Assembly (NCBI GenBank): GCA_964016885.1 | Contig: OZ024746.1 | Coordinates: 4,774,001-4,838,000 of the forward strand | Source: Eledone cirrhosa | Taxonomy: Eukaryota | Direction: 5' to 3' | DNA length: 64,000 nt | Shown here: one piece after another, positions 12,917 to 23,824 of the stretch | Numbering within the stretch: the stretch's first letter is position 1 | Layout: every line of letters starts with the position of its first letter | The notes under the pieces: model-generated | The model's database searches: none | What the model was told of the DNA's origin: nothing | The model's input: only the letters and a program-made list of their open reading frames with translations | Program-made: the position numbers and the translations under genes

Positions 12917-13813
12917 CTAGCAGTGGCACCCGGCGTTGCACGAGATAAAGTATTTTGGAATGCGGGCCACCAACAGACCTAATCGTGGAAAAACTGCATG
13001 CCTGGATAATATGTAAAGAAAATAAACCGAATACTCTGATGGCTGAATAATCTTTAAGATTTTCCTCGATGAAGTAAGAAAAATGCAGGTTTTCACCTAA
13101 TGCAGGCCCTAGGGGATCAAGAAAATTTTTTTTTATGAGCATAATATGCCTTGAAATTTCGGGAAAATCGGCTAGACGCCTCCAAAAAGCCCTAAAAAGC
13201 TGAAAAAATGAAGTTTTTCATCTAATGCAGGCCCTAGGCCATAAAAAAGTTGGATTTTCTTTGCTCACGGTATGAAGAAGAAACTGACTAATACATAGTT
13301 ACAATTTCAAGGAAATCGGTCTGACATAACGCCTCAAAAAACTCCTAAAAAGCTTTAAAAACGCAGTTTTTCACCTAATGCGGGCGCTAGGAGATCAAAA
13401 AGTAAAATTTTTTATGTGCATAACACTCCCTGAAACATAAGTAATACACATGTAAAGATTAAAAAAAATCGGTTGGGTACTTCTCGAGTTTTAGGGATTC
13501 AAACTCACACACACACACATCCTCAGGGATGTGACGTAATGCAGACAGCCAGACATACAGACAGATATAAGGGCGCGACGTTATATGTATGTATCTATCT
13601 AAAAAGAGAAAGACTAAGAATTATAGAGAGAGATCGCTAAATCGCCTAATGTGGTCCCTAGGGCATTGAAAATTTGAAATTTATTTCGCTCAGAACACTC
13701 CCTGAAACATAAGTATTACATGTGTAAAGTTTGAAAACAGTCGGTTGCGTGCTTCTCTAGTTTTAGGGATTCAAACTCACACACACAGACATCGTCAATT
13801 TTATATATATAGA
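12917..13813 (-). mobile_element. Non-autonomous Helitron with internal subrepeats
   Basis: Minus strand starts TCTATATATATAAAA and ends with hairpin CTCGTGCAACGCCGGG, then ...CTGCTAG|T; internal repeated TTTTCACCTAATGCRGGCCCTAGG. Confidence 0.8.
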
Positions 13814-14708
13814 CTAGCAGAAAGCCACCCGGTGGGTGGTTTTCTGCTAGTCGATATATATTTAACACACACACAAACACACAAACACAAACACAGACAC
13901 ACATACATATATATATATACACCCATGTTCATATTTTGAGGTGCATTATTCTCAAATCAGATTATTATCTCTGACAGGAAGAACCAGTTTATAATTTTTA
14001 AGAAAAATTAAGCATACAGACATATTTTAGGAAACTTATGAATTCCTGTACACACACACACACACACACAAACACTTACACAGATACACAGACACACGCA
14101 CAGACAGACACACACGCATACAGACACATACGCTAACACACACATACCATACACACACTCATACATACGCACATATGCACACACGCTAACACACGCACAT
14201 ACACACTTAAACCTAAATATATGTATATATATATAGAGAGACACACATAATATACATATATAATATATATATATATATATTATATATACACACACACACG
14301 CATACACACACACACATACATACACACATATAACACACACACGCATACACACACATATAACACACACACACATATATATATATATTATATGCTCAGCCCC
14401 AGTGAGTTGGTTAAAACACCAAAAGCCAGTCTTAAAGTTGTCGTCTGTAAATTCAAAGAACTCGGCTGTGTCTGGCTAGATCTCCATGGTAACTACTCCA
14501 AGGTCGCGCGTGCCATGGCTGGGAACGCAGGTGTCACGTGATGGCCTAGAACGCTGGTTGTTGGAATCAGTGGTCAACGACATAACATATATATTATATG
14601 TGTGTGGAATAGTATAAATATTTCTTCGTATTTACTAACATATATATATATATTATATATTATATATACATACATTATATATATATTATTAATATATTAC
14701 ATACGTAC

Positions 14709-14752
<44 letters not shown>

Positions 14753-14762
14753 TAAAATAAAA

Positions 14763-14823
14763 GATTAAAGTTTAAGCAAAGAATCGCTGCTTTCACCCTT
14801 AACGGGATCTTCTGAAACTAACC
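14763..14823 (-). ncRNA. Candidate type I hammerhead ribozyme (variant core) in a Penelope-like remnant
   Basis: GGUUAGUUU-CAGAAGA-U CCC GUUAA GGG U-GAAA-GCAG CGAUUCU UUGC-UU-AAACUUUAAUC; stems I, II and III all pair; AATAAA follows downstream. Confidence 0.55.
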
Positions 14824-14830
14824 AATATAT

Positions 14831-17800
14831 CATCATCATCATCATCATCAACGTTTAACGTCCGTGTTCCACGCTTGCATGGGTTTGGACGGGGGTAGTC
14901 CCACTTGAGGCAAGAGTGATTGTCTTGCTCGCATAGGACTGTCTGGCAGGTTTTCTACAGTTGGATGCCCTTCCTAACACCAACCACATTTACAGTGTGG
15001 GTCTGGGAGGTTTTTACCGTGTTGCCTACACGGCCACATTACAGCGTGGACTGTGTGTTTTTTTGTCGTGACACCTACACGATCTCATTTGTTTCGGCCT
15101 CGATGGCGCGGCACCAACATAACTTTACATAGAACGGGGTGGTGTGGATCGGGTGGGGGTGGTGGTGGTGGGACGGGGTGTATTTTGTTAGAGATGCCTA
15201 CTGGCTGGAGTAGGTTTTACTATATATTTAGGTAAGGCGGGTCTTCTCTGTTACTGAGTACCGCCAAAGGTCTCGGTCCAGTGACATTGTCTTGGAGAGG
15301 TGTAAGTGTGTGATGTCGGAGTTTATCAGCTCGTCCCAGGTTTTTCTAGGTCTGCCTATTCCGTGACTACCGTCTATCTTTATTGCCCTGCACTTTGTTA
15401 TACAGCTATCGACTTTCATGCGCATCACGTGTCCATACCAACGTAGCCTTCTCTCGAGTAAACAACATCTGATCCCTCTTATCTCTAATTTTTTCCTTAG
15501 TTCGTTTATGCTTTGCCGTTCACGTATATTACTGTTACACATCCAGCGGAGCATACAAGCTTCGTTCCTCTCTAGTCTGCGTATATCCTCTGCACACAAT
15601 GCCCAGGTCTCACTGCCATGCAGCATTGCTGTTCGTATGCAGGCATCGTACAACCTGCCTTTCATTTTTAGTGAGAACCCTTTAGCAGCTAATAGTGGTA
15701 TAAGCTCTCTGAACTTTTTCCAACCAGTTCTGACTCTAGCTACAGTACTTTCAGAGCACCCTCCCCCACTGCTGATTTTATCGCCCAGGTAACGGAAGCT
15801 GTCCACTATTTCTATAGAACCCTCTGCGCAATTGAAAGAGCTAGTAGTTTGTGGGCACTTGCTGCTACTTATTGCACCAGAGCACCGGCCACATGTAAAA
15901 TCTATGTTCTTAGTTAGCTTACCTGTGATCCCACTACATCTTTTATGCACCCATACTTTGCATTTAGGACATAAAATGGAGTTTCTACCTACGCCTTTCC
16001 TACACACCGAACACGACCATTTCCCAGAAGGGACCGCCGCCTTGTTTTCTTTCCTACAAACTAGTACTTTGGTCTTAGCCAGGTTAATTTTAAGTCCTTT
16101 TGACTCTAGGCCGTGCTTCCATGTTTGGAATTTCTTCTCTAGCTCGGCCATTGATTCCGCTATGAGTGTCAGGTCGTCTGCGTATAGGAGTTCCCATGGG
16201 CAGCCTGTCTTGAACTCCTCTGTTATAGCCTGAAGGGCAATAATAAATAGTAGTGGACTGAGAACAGAGCCCTGATGGACGCCAACTTTTACGCTAAACT
16301 CTTCACTATATTCGTTGTTAATTCTAACCTTGCTGACTGTTTCTTTATACATGGCTTGTATAGCCCTCACAAGCCATTCGTCAACGCCTAGTTTTCTAAG
16401 AGCCCACCAGATAATGGAGCGGGGGACTCTGTCGAAGGCTTTCTCCAAGTCGACAAAAGCTAAGTAGAGGGGTTTACCTTTAGCTAGGTACTTCTCCTGT
16501 AGTTGTCGTACTATGAAAAGAGCGTCTGTGGTACTTTTGCCTGACACAAACCCGAACTGCATTTCATCTAGGTCAATTCTCTCTCTGATTAGTTGCGCTA
16601 TTACTTTTTCCGTGACCTTCATGACCTGGTCGATTAATTTAATGCCTCTATAGTTACTCCTATCTAGGGCGTCTCCTTTACCCTTATAACAGTTAACGAT
16701 GATGCTGCTATGCCAGTCCTTCGGAACAACCCCATTCTGTACGACTTGGTTAACTATGCGGGTGACCATGGTGTGTCCCACCGTGCCAGATGCCTTCAGC
16801 ATCTCAGCAACTATTTCCGAAGGCCCAGCCGCCTTACCAGTCTTCATATCCTTGATTGCCTTACTTATTATACTCCCCTCGACTAACACTGCTGGTCCCT
16901 CTATTGGGTCGATATGGGGGAGACTGCCTTTCTCCCAATTATTCTCCTCATTTAGTAGCCTTTCATAGTGACACTTCCAAGCTACCTTCTTATCAGCGTC
17001 GGTGATGGCAAGTGTGCCATCGTCGTTTAGTACACACTTCTCCCCGACAATATCACGGTTTTCCTTGACGCATTGCCTAGCAATCCTGAACACCTCACGT
17101 TTTTGGTCATCGCGTTGTAGAACATGCTTGAACTTTCTTTCCTCAGCTTCCCTTCTTGCTAAGTACACTTGTCTCCTAGCTTCCCTCCTGGCCACTTGAT
17201 AGTCCTCTCTACTTCCCCCATCCCGCCATACTTTCCAAGCCTGCTTTTTGGCCTTAATTGACCCCTCCACCTTACTGTTCCACCACCATGTTACTCTCCT
17301 CCTGCCTACAGGCCTGCTCCAGCCACAGACTTCGTCTGTCGCCAACAGCAGGTTTGCTTTCAGAAATTCCCACTCTCCCTCTATATTGTCCGACTCTAAA
17401 TGTTCTTCCTTACTGTCGAAAGCATCAAGTAATATGCTTTGAAATTTATTCCTGGCTGTGGGGTCCTTTAGCTTCCATATTTTCCTCCTGAGGATAGTCC
17501 TCTTCTGTTGTCGAGTACGTCTCGTCCTGACTATGAGGTCGCTAATTATCAGTCTATGTTGGGAGGTGCATTCTTCATGGGGGAGGGATTTAGTGTTTAC
17601 AACAGACACTCTGTCACGTCTTCTGGTAAGGATATAATCTACCTGGCTTGTGTGTTCCCCGGATCTATAGGTGATCAGGTGATTGTCACGTTTTTTGAAG
17701 TTAGTGTTACAGATAGTTAGGTTATTTGCATCACAGAATTCCAGGATTCTGGAGCCTTCCTCATTTCTAGTACCAAACCCATAGCCTCCATGGGTTTCGT

Positions 17801-18206
17801 CGTAGCCGTCACAATGTTGTCCAACGTGACCATTTAGGTCGCCTGCGATAATTATATAGTCACTGTCGGATATTTGGGAGGTAGTTAGCATCAGTGTCTC
17901 ATAGAATCTGTCTTTTATAGTGTCGGGCAGTCCGGATTGGGGTGCGTACGCAGATATTACTGTCACTGTAGTTCTATTGAGGACAAGTCGTATTTTAATT
18001 ATTCTGTCGTTCACTCTATTTACGTCTATTATCTTATCTGCCCACTTTTCTGCTACCATGATTCCTACTCCACCCAGCCCATCGTCGTTTCCCACCCAGA
18101 AAAGCTTATAACATCGTTTTTTACCCTCAATGAACCTAGCAGACCCACCCCTCCACCTGGTCTCTTGAATACAACAAACATCGACCTCCTTACGTTCAAG
18201 CATTTC

Positions 18207-18209
<3 letters not shown>
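14831..18209 (-). mobile_element. RTE-clade LINE, 5'-truncated, with a 3' UTR of about 400 nt and a (GAT)n tail
   Basis: Intact APE-RT ORF; 3' end CCCATGCAAGCGTGGAACACGGACGTTAAACG(TTG)(ATG)n; 5' end abuts (TA)n. Confidence 0.95.
15228..18209 (-). CDS. RTE LINE polyprotein: APE endonuclease, reverse transcriptase and inserted PHD finger
   Basis: APE motifs DVCCIQETRW, GVGI, SAYAPQ, GDLNGHVG, SQVDYIL, SQHRL; RT motifs QFGF, AFVDLEKAFDRV, GVHQGSVLSPLLF, LYADDL, FRYLG; RTE C-terminus RRLRWYGHVMR...GRPRKTW. The first 17 residues of the predicted ORF come from flanking and (TA)n DNA. Confidence 0.95.
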
Positions 18210-18245
<36 letters not shown>

Positions 18246-18440
18246 CTGGTGATTTCTCAAGAATGAAACAGTTCTAGTCTATATATATATTACACACACA
18301 GAAATGTATATATATTTCTTAGAACAAAATTATTATTAATGTTTTGCTGTTCATAACAATTGGAATTGAAAAATTACTTTTGAAATTATTAATTATTTTA
18401 CTAATGCTTAGATACGTAAAAATGAAGCAATGTTTCTAAT

Positions 18441-18631
18441 AATTGTTTCTACTTTTGGCACAAGGCCAGCAATTACCCAGTACATTACTGGTACTTTATT
18501 TTATCGACCCCGTGAGGATGAAAGGCAAAGTTAACCTCGGTGGTATTTGAACTCAGACCGTAAAGGGACGTAACTCCATGCTATGAAGCATGGTGTCCGA
18601 CTCTCTACAGATTCTGCCAATCCACCGCCCT
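18441..18631 (-). mobile_element. SINE family A, full length
   Basis: Head GGGCGGTGGATTGGCAG, B box GTTCAAAT, core and tail AGTAGAAACAATT. Confidence 0.85.
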
Positions 18632-18639
18632 AATGTCTG

Positions 18640-18908
18640 TACGTAATGAGGGAGTGAGAGGGGAGAGAAAGAAAGGCAGAGGTGAAGTGACGAAGTGACT
18701 CTCTCCTCCTCCTCCATCTCCCCATTCGTCACAGCGATAGAGGGGAGGAATGTTAGTGTGTTACAAAGAGAAAGAGTGAGAGAAACAGACAGACTAAAAG
18801 AGAGGATAGCTGGAGAGAGAGAGAGAGAGAGATAGCAACCACGCGCGCACGTGTTTCCATTGTCGGACAGACAGACAGAGAAATTGCTGGTTATATATTA
18901 TAAGGAGA
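18640..18908 (-). mobile_element. Helitron-like non-autonomous fragment (5' end)
   Basis: Minus strand reads A|TCTCCTTATAATATATAACC followed by (CTGT)n; no 3' CTAG end found. Confidence 0.45.
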
Positions 18909-19477
18909 TAAGTAATCCAACTTGACAATATCATACTTGACAAGCGGTGAGAGGCTGTGCTGAAAAGGATCTGTCCAACCCATGCAAGCATGGAAAAGTG
19001 GATGGAAAATCAACGATGATGATGCTGAATTTTATTTCAATTAAAGTAATTTTTTCAAGAATATAAGAATATATGAACAATAGAAAACATTTTAGATTGT
19101 GTGTGTGTGTCAAGGAAATTGATTTTCATGGATAAAAAGTTAAATATTATTTGTAAGAGAGGGGTATAGTTGGTTAAAACAACATAGTACTCAGTGGGGC
19201 ATGAGAGGCTAAGTCAACATTTGCAGGGTTTCCATTTTGAATATAGAGAAATAGAACTAAATACTTTAAGGTATTTACTCCACCGTTCTTACTGTTTCAA
19301 CAGACCAGTTTGTGAAAAAACTATTACTGAAAACAGCATAAAAACTAAAATTCAAAAGACAGAATATATATATATACCGATACTGCCAATCCACCAGAAT
19401 CAGTTCCCGTCCCACTCTTGCAAGCAGGGAAAAGTGGACGTAAAATGAAATGAAGATGATGATGATATATATAGTAA

Positions 19478-19691
19478 TAATAATAAATTTGAAGACTAAA
19501 ATCCAAAGAGGGCTTGATAAGGATAAATATATATCAAATATATAAGAACCGTAGAGCAAATATTTATTAAAATAACAGATTAAAGTTTAAGCAAAGAATC
19601 GCTGCTTTCACCCTTAACGGGATCTTCAGAAGATACCGTTAAGGGTGAAAGCAGCGATTCTTTGCTTAAACTTTAATCTGTTATTTTAATA
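19478..19691. mobile_element. Penelope-like remnant forming a palindrome with 63-bp arms
   Basis: Arms 19565-19627 and 19629-19691 with one mismatch; same family as 14748-14825 and 40229-40440. Confidence 0.7.
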
Positions 19692-19696
19692 TATAT

Positions 19697-20040
19697 CATT
19701 TTTCATTTCATTTCATTTTACGTCCGCTTTTTCCCTGCTTGCAAGGGTGGGACGGGAACTAATTCTGGCTTGATTTCTACAGCTGGATGCCCTTCCTAAC
19801 ACCAACCTCATTTACAGTGAGTGCTGGGTGCTTTTTTGCCGTGGCACCTCCATATCCACTTTGCAGTGGAATGATATGGACCCCAGTCCCTATCATCTCA
19901 TTTCTACAGCTGAGTAAACTGGAGCAATGTGAAATAAAGTGTCTTGCTCAAGGAAACAACACATCACCCAATCTGAGAATTGAACTCACAACCTTTCGAT
20001 TGCAAGGCCAATGCTCTAACCACTAAGCCATGTGCCTCCA
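19697..20040 (-). mobile_element. SINE family B
   Basis: Near-identical to 1703-2048. Confidence 0.85.
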
Positions 20041-20205
20041 TTCTCCACACTTCTATTTCCATCATTGTATAAGTTGTGCCTGTAAAATATATCTAACATA
20101 ATGTTTATGTATAAAAAAAGTTAACAAAATAAAATATTCGTTCTACCTCAAAATAAAAAATAAAAAATTCATACATTAAAAAAAAATATTGACTGTAAAA
20201 ATGGT

Positions 20206-20288
20206 TGGGAAAGATGTACATGGGAAAGATGTACATGGGAAAGATGTACATGGGAAAGATGTACATGGGAAAGATGTACATGGGAAAG
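20206..20288. repeat. 15-bp tandem TGGGAAAGATGTACA, about 5 copies
   Basis: Visible tandem units. Confidence 0.9.
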
Positions 20289-20331
20289 GAAACAACAAGA
20301 AATGGCTGGAATTTCAATGAAAAACTTAAAT

Positions 20332-20516
20332 AATTGTTTTTAGTTTTGGCACAAGGCCAGCAATTACTCAGTACATTACTGGTACTTTATTTTATTGACT
20401 CTGTAAGGAGGAAAAGAAAAGTTAACCTCGGCGGGATTTGAACTCAGACTGTAAAGGGACGTAACTATGCTGGAATGCATGGTGTCCGACCCTCTACCGA
20501 TACTGCCAATCCACCA
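20332..20516 (-). mobile_element. SINE family A
   Basis: Head, core and tail homology. Confidence 0.85.
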
Positions 20517-20859
20517 TAATATGTAAAACATTCCACATCCATTTTCTGTTTCAAAATTTTATTTCTTCAAATGGAATTTGAAATAAGTTGGATAGATTAA
20601 TGTAGGTAGCTTGAGAGACAGATAAACAGACAACTTTCCTCATATTGGACAGCTTTTCAGAGAGGGTTATAGCAATGTTTAAACAATGATCATTTATGTC
20701 GAGTAATACAACTTTAAAGTACACCATTGTAAAGTGGGAGTAATGAAGATGGAGAATGGAGTGAGAGAATGAGAGAATGTGAGTGTAATGTAGCATGTAC
20801 CAGTAGGTGGTTTAGTGTGAGTGAGAGTGGAGAGATGAGTGGAGATGGATAGATGGATG

Positions 20860-21011
20860 TGTATGGGTGGAAGTGTGAGTATGGGTGGACGTGTGAGTAT
20901 GGGTGGAAGTGTGAGTATGGGTGGAAGTGTGAGTATGGGTGGAAGTGTAGGTATGGGTGGAAGTGTAGGTATGGGTGGACGTGTGAGATGGGTGGAAGTG
21001 TGAGTATGGGT
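20860..21011. repeat. 18-bp tandem GTATGGGTGGAAGTGTGA, about 8 copies
   Basis: Visible tandem units abutting the 45-bp array. Confidence 0.9.
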
Positions 21012-22819
21012 GTGTCAAACCCTTATCAAAGGATGACTGCCTCAACATACAACAGAGTGTCAAACCCTTATCAAAGGATGACTGCCTCAACATACAACAG
21101 AGTGTCAAACCCTTATCAAAGGATGACTGCCTCAACATACAACAGAGTGTCAAACCCTTATCAAAGGATGACTGCCTCAACATACAACAGAGTGTCAAAC
21201 CCTTATCAATGGATGACTGCCTCAACATACAACAGAGTGTCAAACCCTTATCAATGGATGACTGCCTCAACATACAACAGAGTGTCAAACCCTTATCAAT
21301 GGATGACTGCCTCAACATACAACAGAGTGTCAAACCCTTATCAAAGGATGACTGCCTCAACATACAACAGAGTGTCAAACCCTTATCAATGGATGACTGC
21401 CTCAACATACAACAGAGTGTCAAACCCTTATCAATGGATGACTGCCTCAACATACAACAGAGTGTCAAACCCTTATCAAAGGATGATTGCCTCAACATAC
21501 AACAGAGTGTCAAACCCTTATCAAAGGATGACTGCCTCAACATACAACAGAGTGTCAAACCCTTATCAAAGGATGACTGCCTCAACATACAACAGAGTGT
21601 CAAACCCTTATCAAAGGATGACTGCCTCAACATACAACAGAGTGTCAAACCCTTATCAATAGATGACTGCCTCAACATACAACAGAGTGTCAAACCCTTA
21701 TCAATGGATGACTGCCTCAACATACAACAGAGTGTCAAACCCTTATCAATAGATGACTGCCTCAACATACAACAGAGTGTCAAACCCTTATCAAAGGATG
21801 ACTGCCTCAACATACAACAGAGTGTCAAACCCTTATCAAAGGATGACTGCCTCAACATACAACAGAGTGTCAAACCCTTATCAATGGATGACTGCCTCAA
21901 CATACAACAGAGTGTCAAACCCTTATCAAAGGATGACTGCCTCAACATACAACAGAGTGTCAAACCCTTATCAAAGGATGACTGCCTCAACATACAACAG
22001 AGTGTCAAACCCTTATCAATGGATGACTGCCTCAACATACAACAGAGTGTCAAACCCTTATCAATGGATGACTGCCTCAACATACAACAGAGTGTCAAAC
22101 CCTTATCAAAGGATGACTGCCTCAACATACAACAGAGTGTCAAACCCTTATCAATGGATGACTGCCTCAACATACAACAGAGTGTCAAACCCTTATCAAA
22201 GGATGACTGCCTCAACATACAACAGAGTGTCAAACCCTTATCAATGGATGACTGCCTCAACATACAACAGAGTGTCAAACCCTTATCAAAGGATGACTGC
22301 CTCAACATACAACAGTGTCAAACCCTTATCAATGGATGACTGCCTCAACATACAACAGAGTGTCAAACCCTTATCAAAGGATGACTGCCTCAACATACAA
22401 CAGAGTGTCAAACCCTTATCAATGGATGACTGCCTCAACATACAACAGAGTGTCAAACCCTTATCAAAGGATGACTGCCTCAACATACAACAGAGTGTCA
22501 AACCCTTATCAAAGGATGACTGCCTCAACATACAACAGAGTGTCAAACCCTTATCAAAGGATGACTGCCTCAACATACAACAGAGTGTCAAACCCTTATC
22601 AATGGATGACTGCCTCAACATACAACAGAGTGTCAAACCCTTATCGAAGGATGACTGCCTCAACATACAACAGAGTGTCAAACCCTTATCAAAGGATGAC
22701 TGCCTCAACATACAACAGAGTGTCAAACCCTTATCAATGGATGACTGCCTCAACATACAACAGAGTGTCAAACCCTTATCGAAGGATGACTGCCTCAACA
22801 TACAACAGAGTGTCAAACC
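21012..22819. repeat. 45-bp minisatellite, about 40 copies
   Basis: Unit GTGTCAAACCCTTATCAA(A/T)GGATGACTGCCTCAACATACAACAGA; no spacers. Confidence 0.97.
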
Positions 22820-22899
22820 TCAAATGTACATTTGTCTATGAAAACAAATCTAACTCAACATATAGGTTGATCACATGTCATTAATTGAAATATAACAAT

Positions 22900-23086
22900 G
22901 GTAGTGGATTGGCAGTATCGGTAGAGGGTCGGACGCCATGAATTGATGCATAGAGTTACGGCCCTTGCCATTCTGAGTTCAAATCCCGCCGAGGTTAACT
23001 TTACCTTTCATCCTTATGGGGTCGATAAAATAAAGTACCATTAATGCACTGGGTAATTGCTGGCCTTGTGCCAAAAGTAGAAACAA
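22900..23086 (+). mobile_element. SINE family A with 20-bp TSD
   Basis: ATTAATTGAAATATAACAAT at 22880-22899 and 23086-23105. Confidence 0.9.
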
Positions 23087-23186
23087 TTAATTGAAATATA
23101 ACAATCTAAAATCAAAAAAACTGATTAAAGTTATTTTATAGGGAAACATTTCAACAAACTGTTTGGAATTTACTTGAATTTATTAA

Positions 23187-23401
23187 CCCTTTAGCATTTA
23201 AACCGGCCATATCCGGCCAGAATTCTCTCCCCTCTTTCTGTTCAAACTGGCCGTAACTAGCCACTCATACTGAGGTATTGTTCTTAAAATAAATTACATC
23301 AAAATCTCATAGATTCAATATTATGTGAAATAATTATGTGAGATAAGGCCTTTACTGCGAAAATATAATAGTAAATATAGAGTAATGCAAATGTTAAAAA
23401 G
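23187..23401 (+). mobile_element. MITE family C
   Basis: TTAA-CCCTTTAGCATTTA start; family homology. Confidence 0.85.
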
Positions 23402-23409
23402 TTAAAGTC

Positions 23410-23650
23410 TGTCACAAGCCCAGAGGCTATACAGGCCAGTGCTTATCCCAGTTTATTCACCCTTAAGTGATTAAGAGTACAAGTCTTTTACTATCCCCTG
23501 GACAGGACACCAGTTTATCACAGGGTTAACCCCCAGCTCCTATTGGTACTCAATGTTTTGCTCAAACATACAATGTACCACAAGGTCCAGGAACCAGACC
23601 AATAACATTATGATCCAACACCCTAAACACTAGGCCACACCCCTTCACAT
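23410..23650 (-). mobile_element. SINE family E (tRNA head, V-SINE/MetaSINE-like central domain)
   Basis: Homologous to 38160-38420 and 56295-56522. Confidence 0.65.
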
Positions 23651-23824
23651 AATTAATCAATGTTTAAAATTTTATATTTCAAGTTAATAATGTGCAACAA
23701 ATTTGATCTTTAAGATGTCAAAATAGAATACTTAAAAATCCTGACTTTCATCATCATCATAATTATCATCATTTTACATTTATGCCTGCTGTGTCTTGCT
23801 CATACATTCCATTTCATACATTCA

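Noticed and set aside
18210-18260. N-terminal MRNHQQYIYIY of the 1010-aa ORF
   Set aside because: Flanking DNA and (TA)n read in frame; not part of the LINE protein
20812-22884. Long ORFs (176-498 aa) and a CRISPR-like appearance
   Set aside because: Pure 45-bp tandem repeat with no unique spacers and no cas genes; the ORFs arise because the unit is a stop-free multiple of 3
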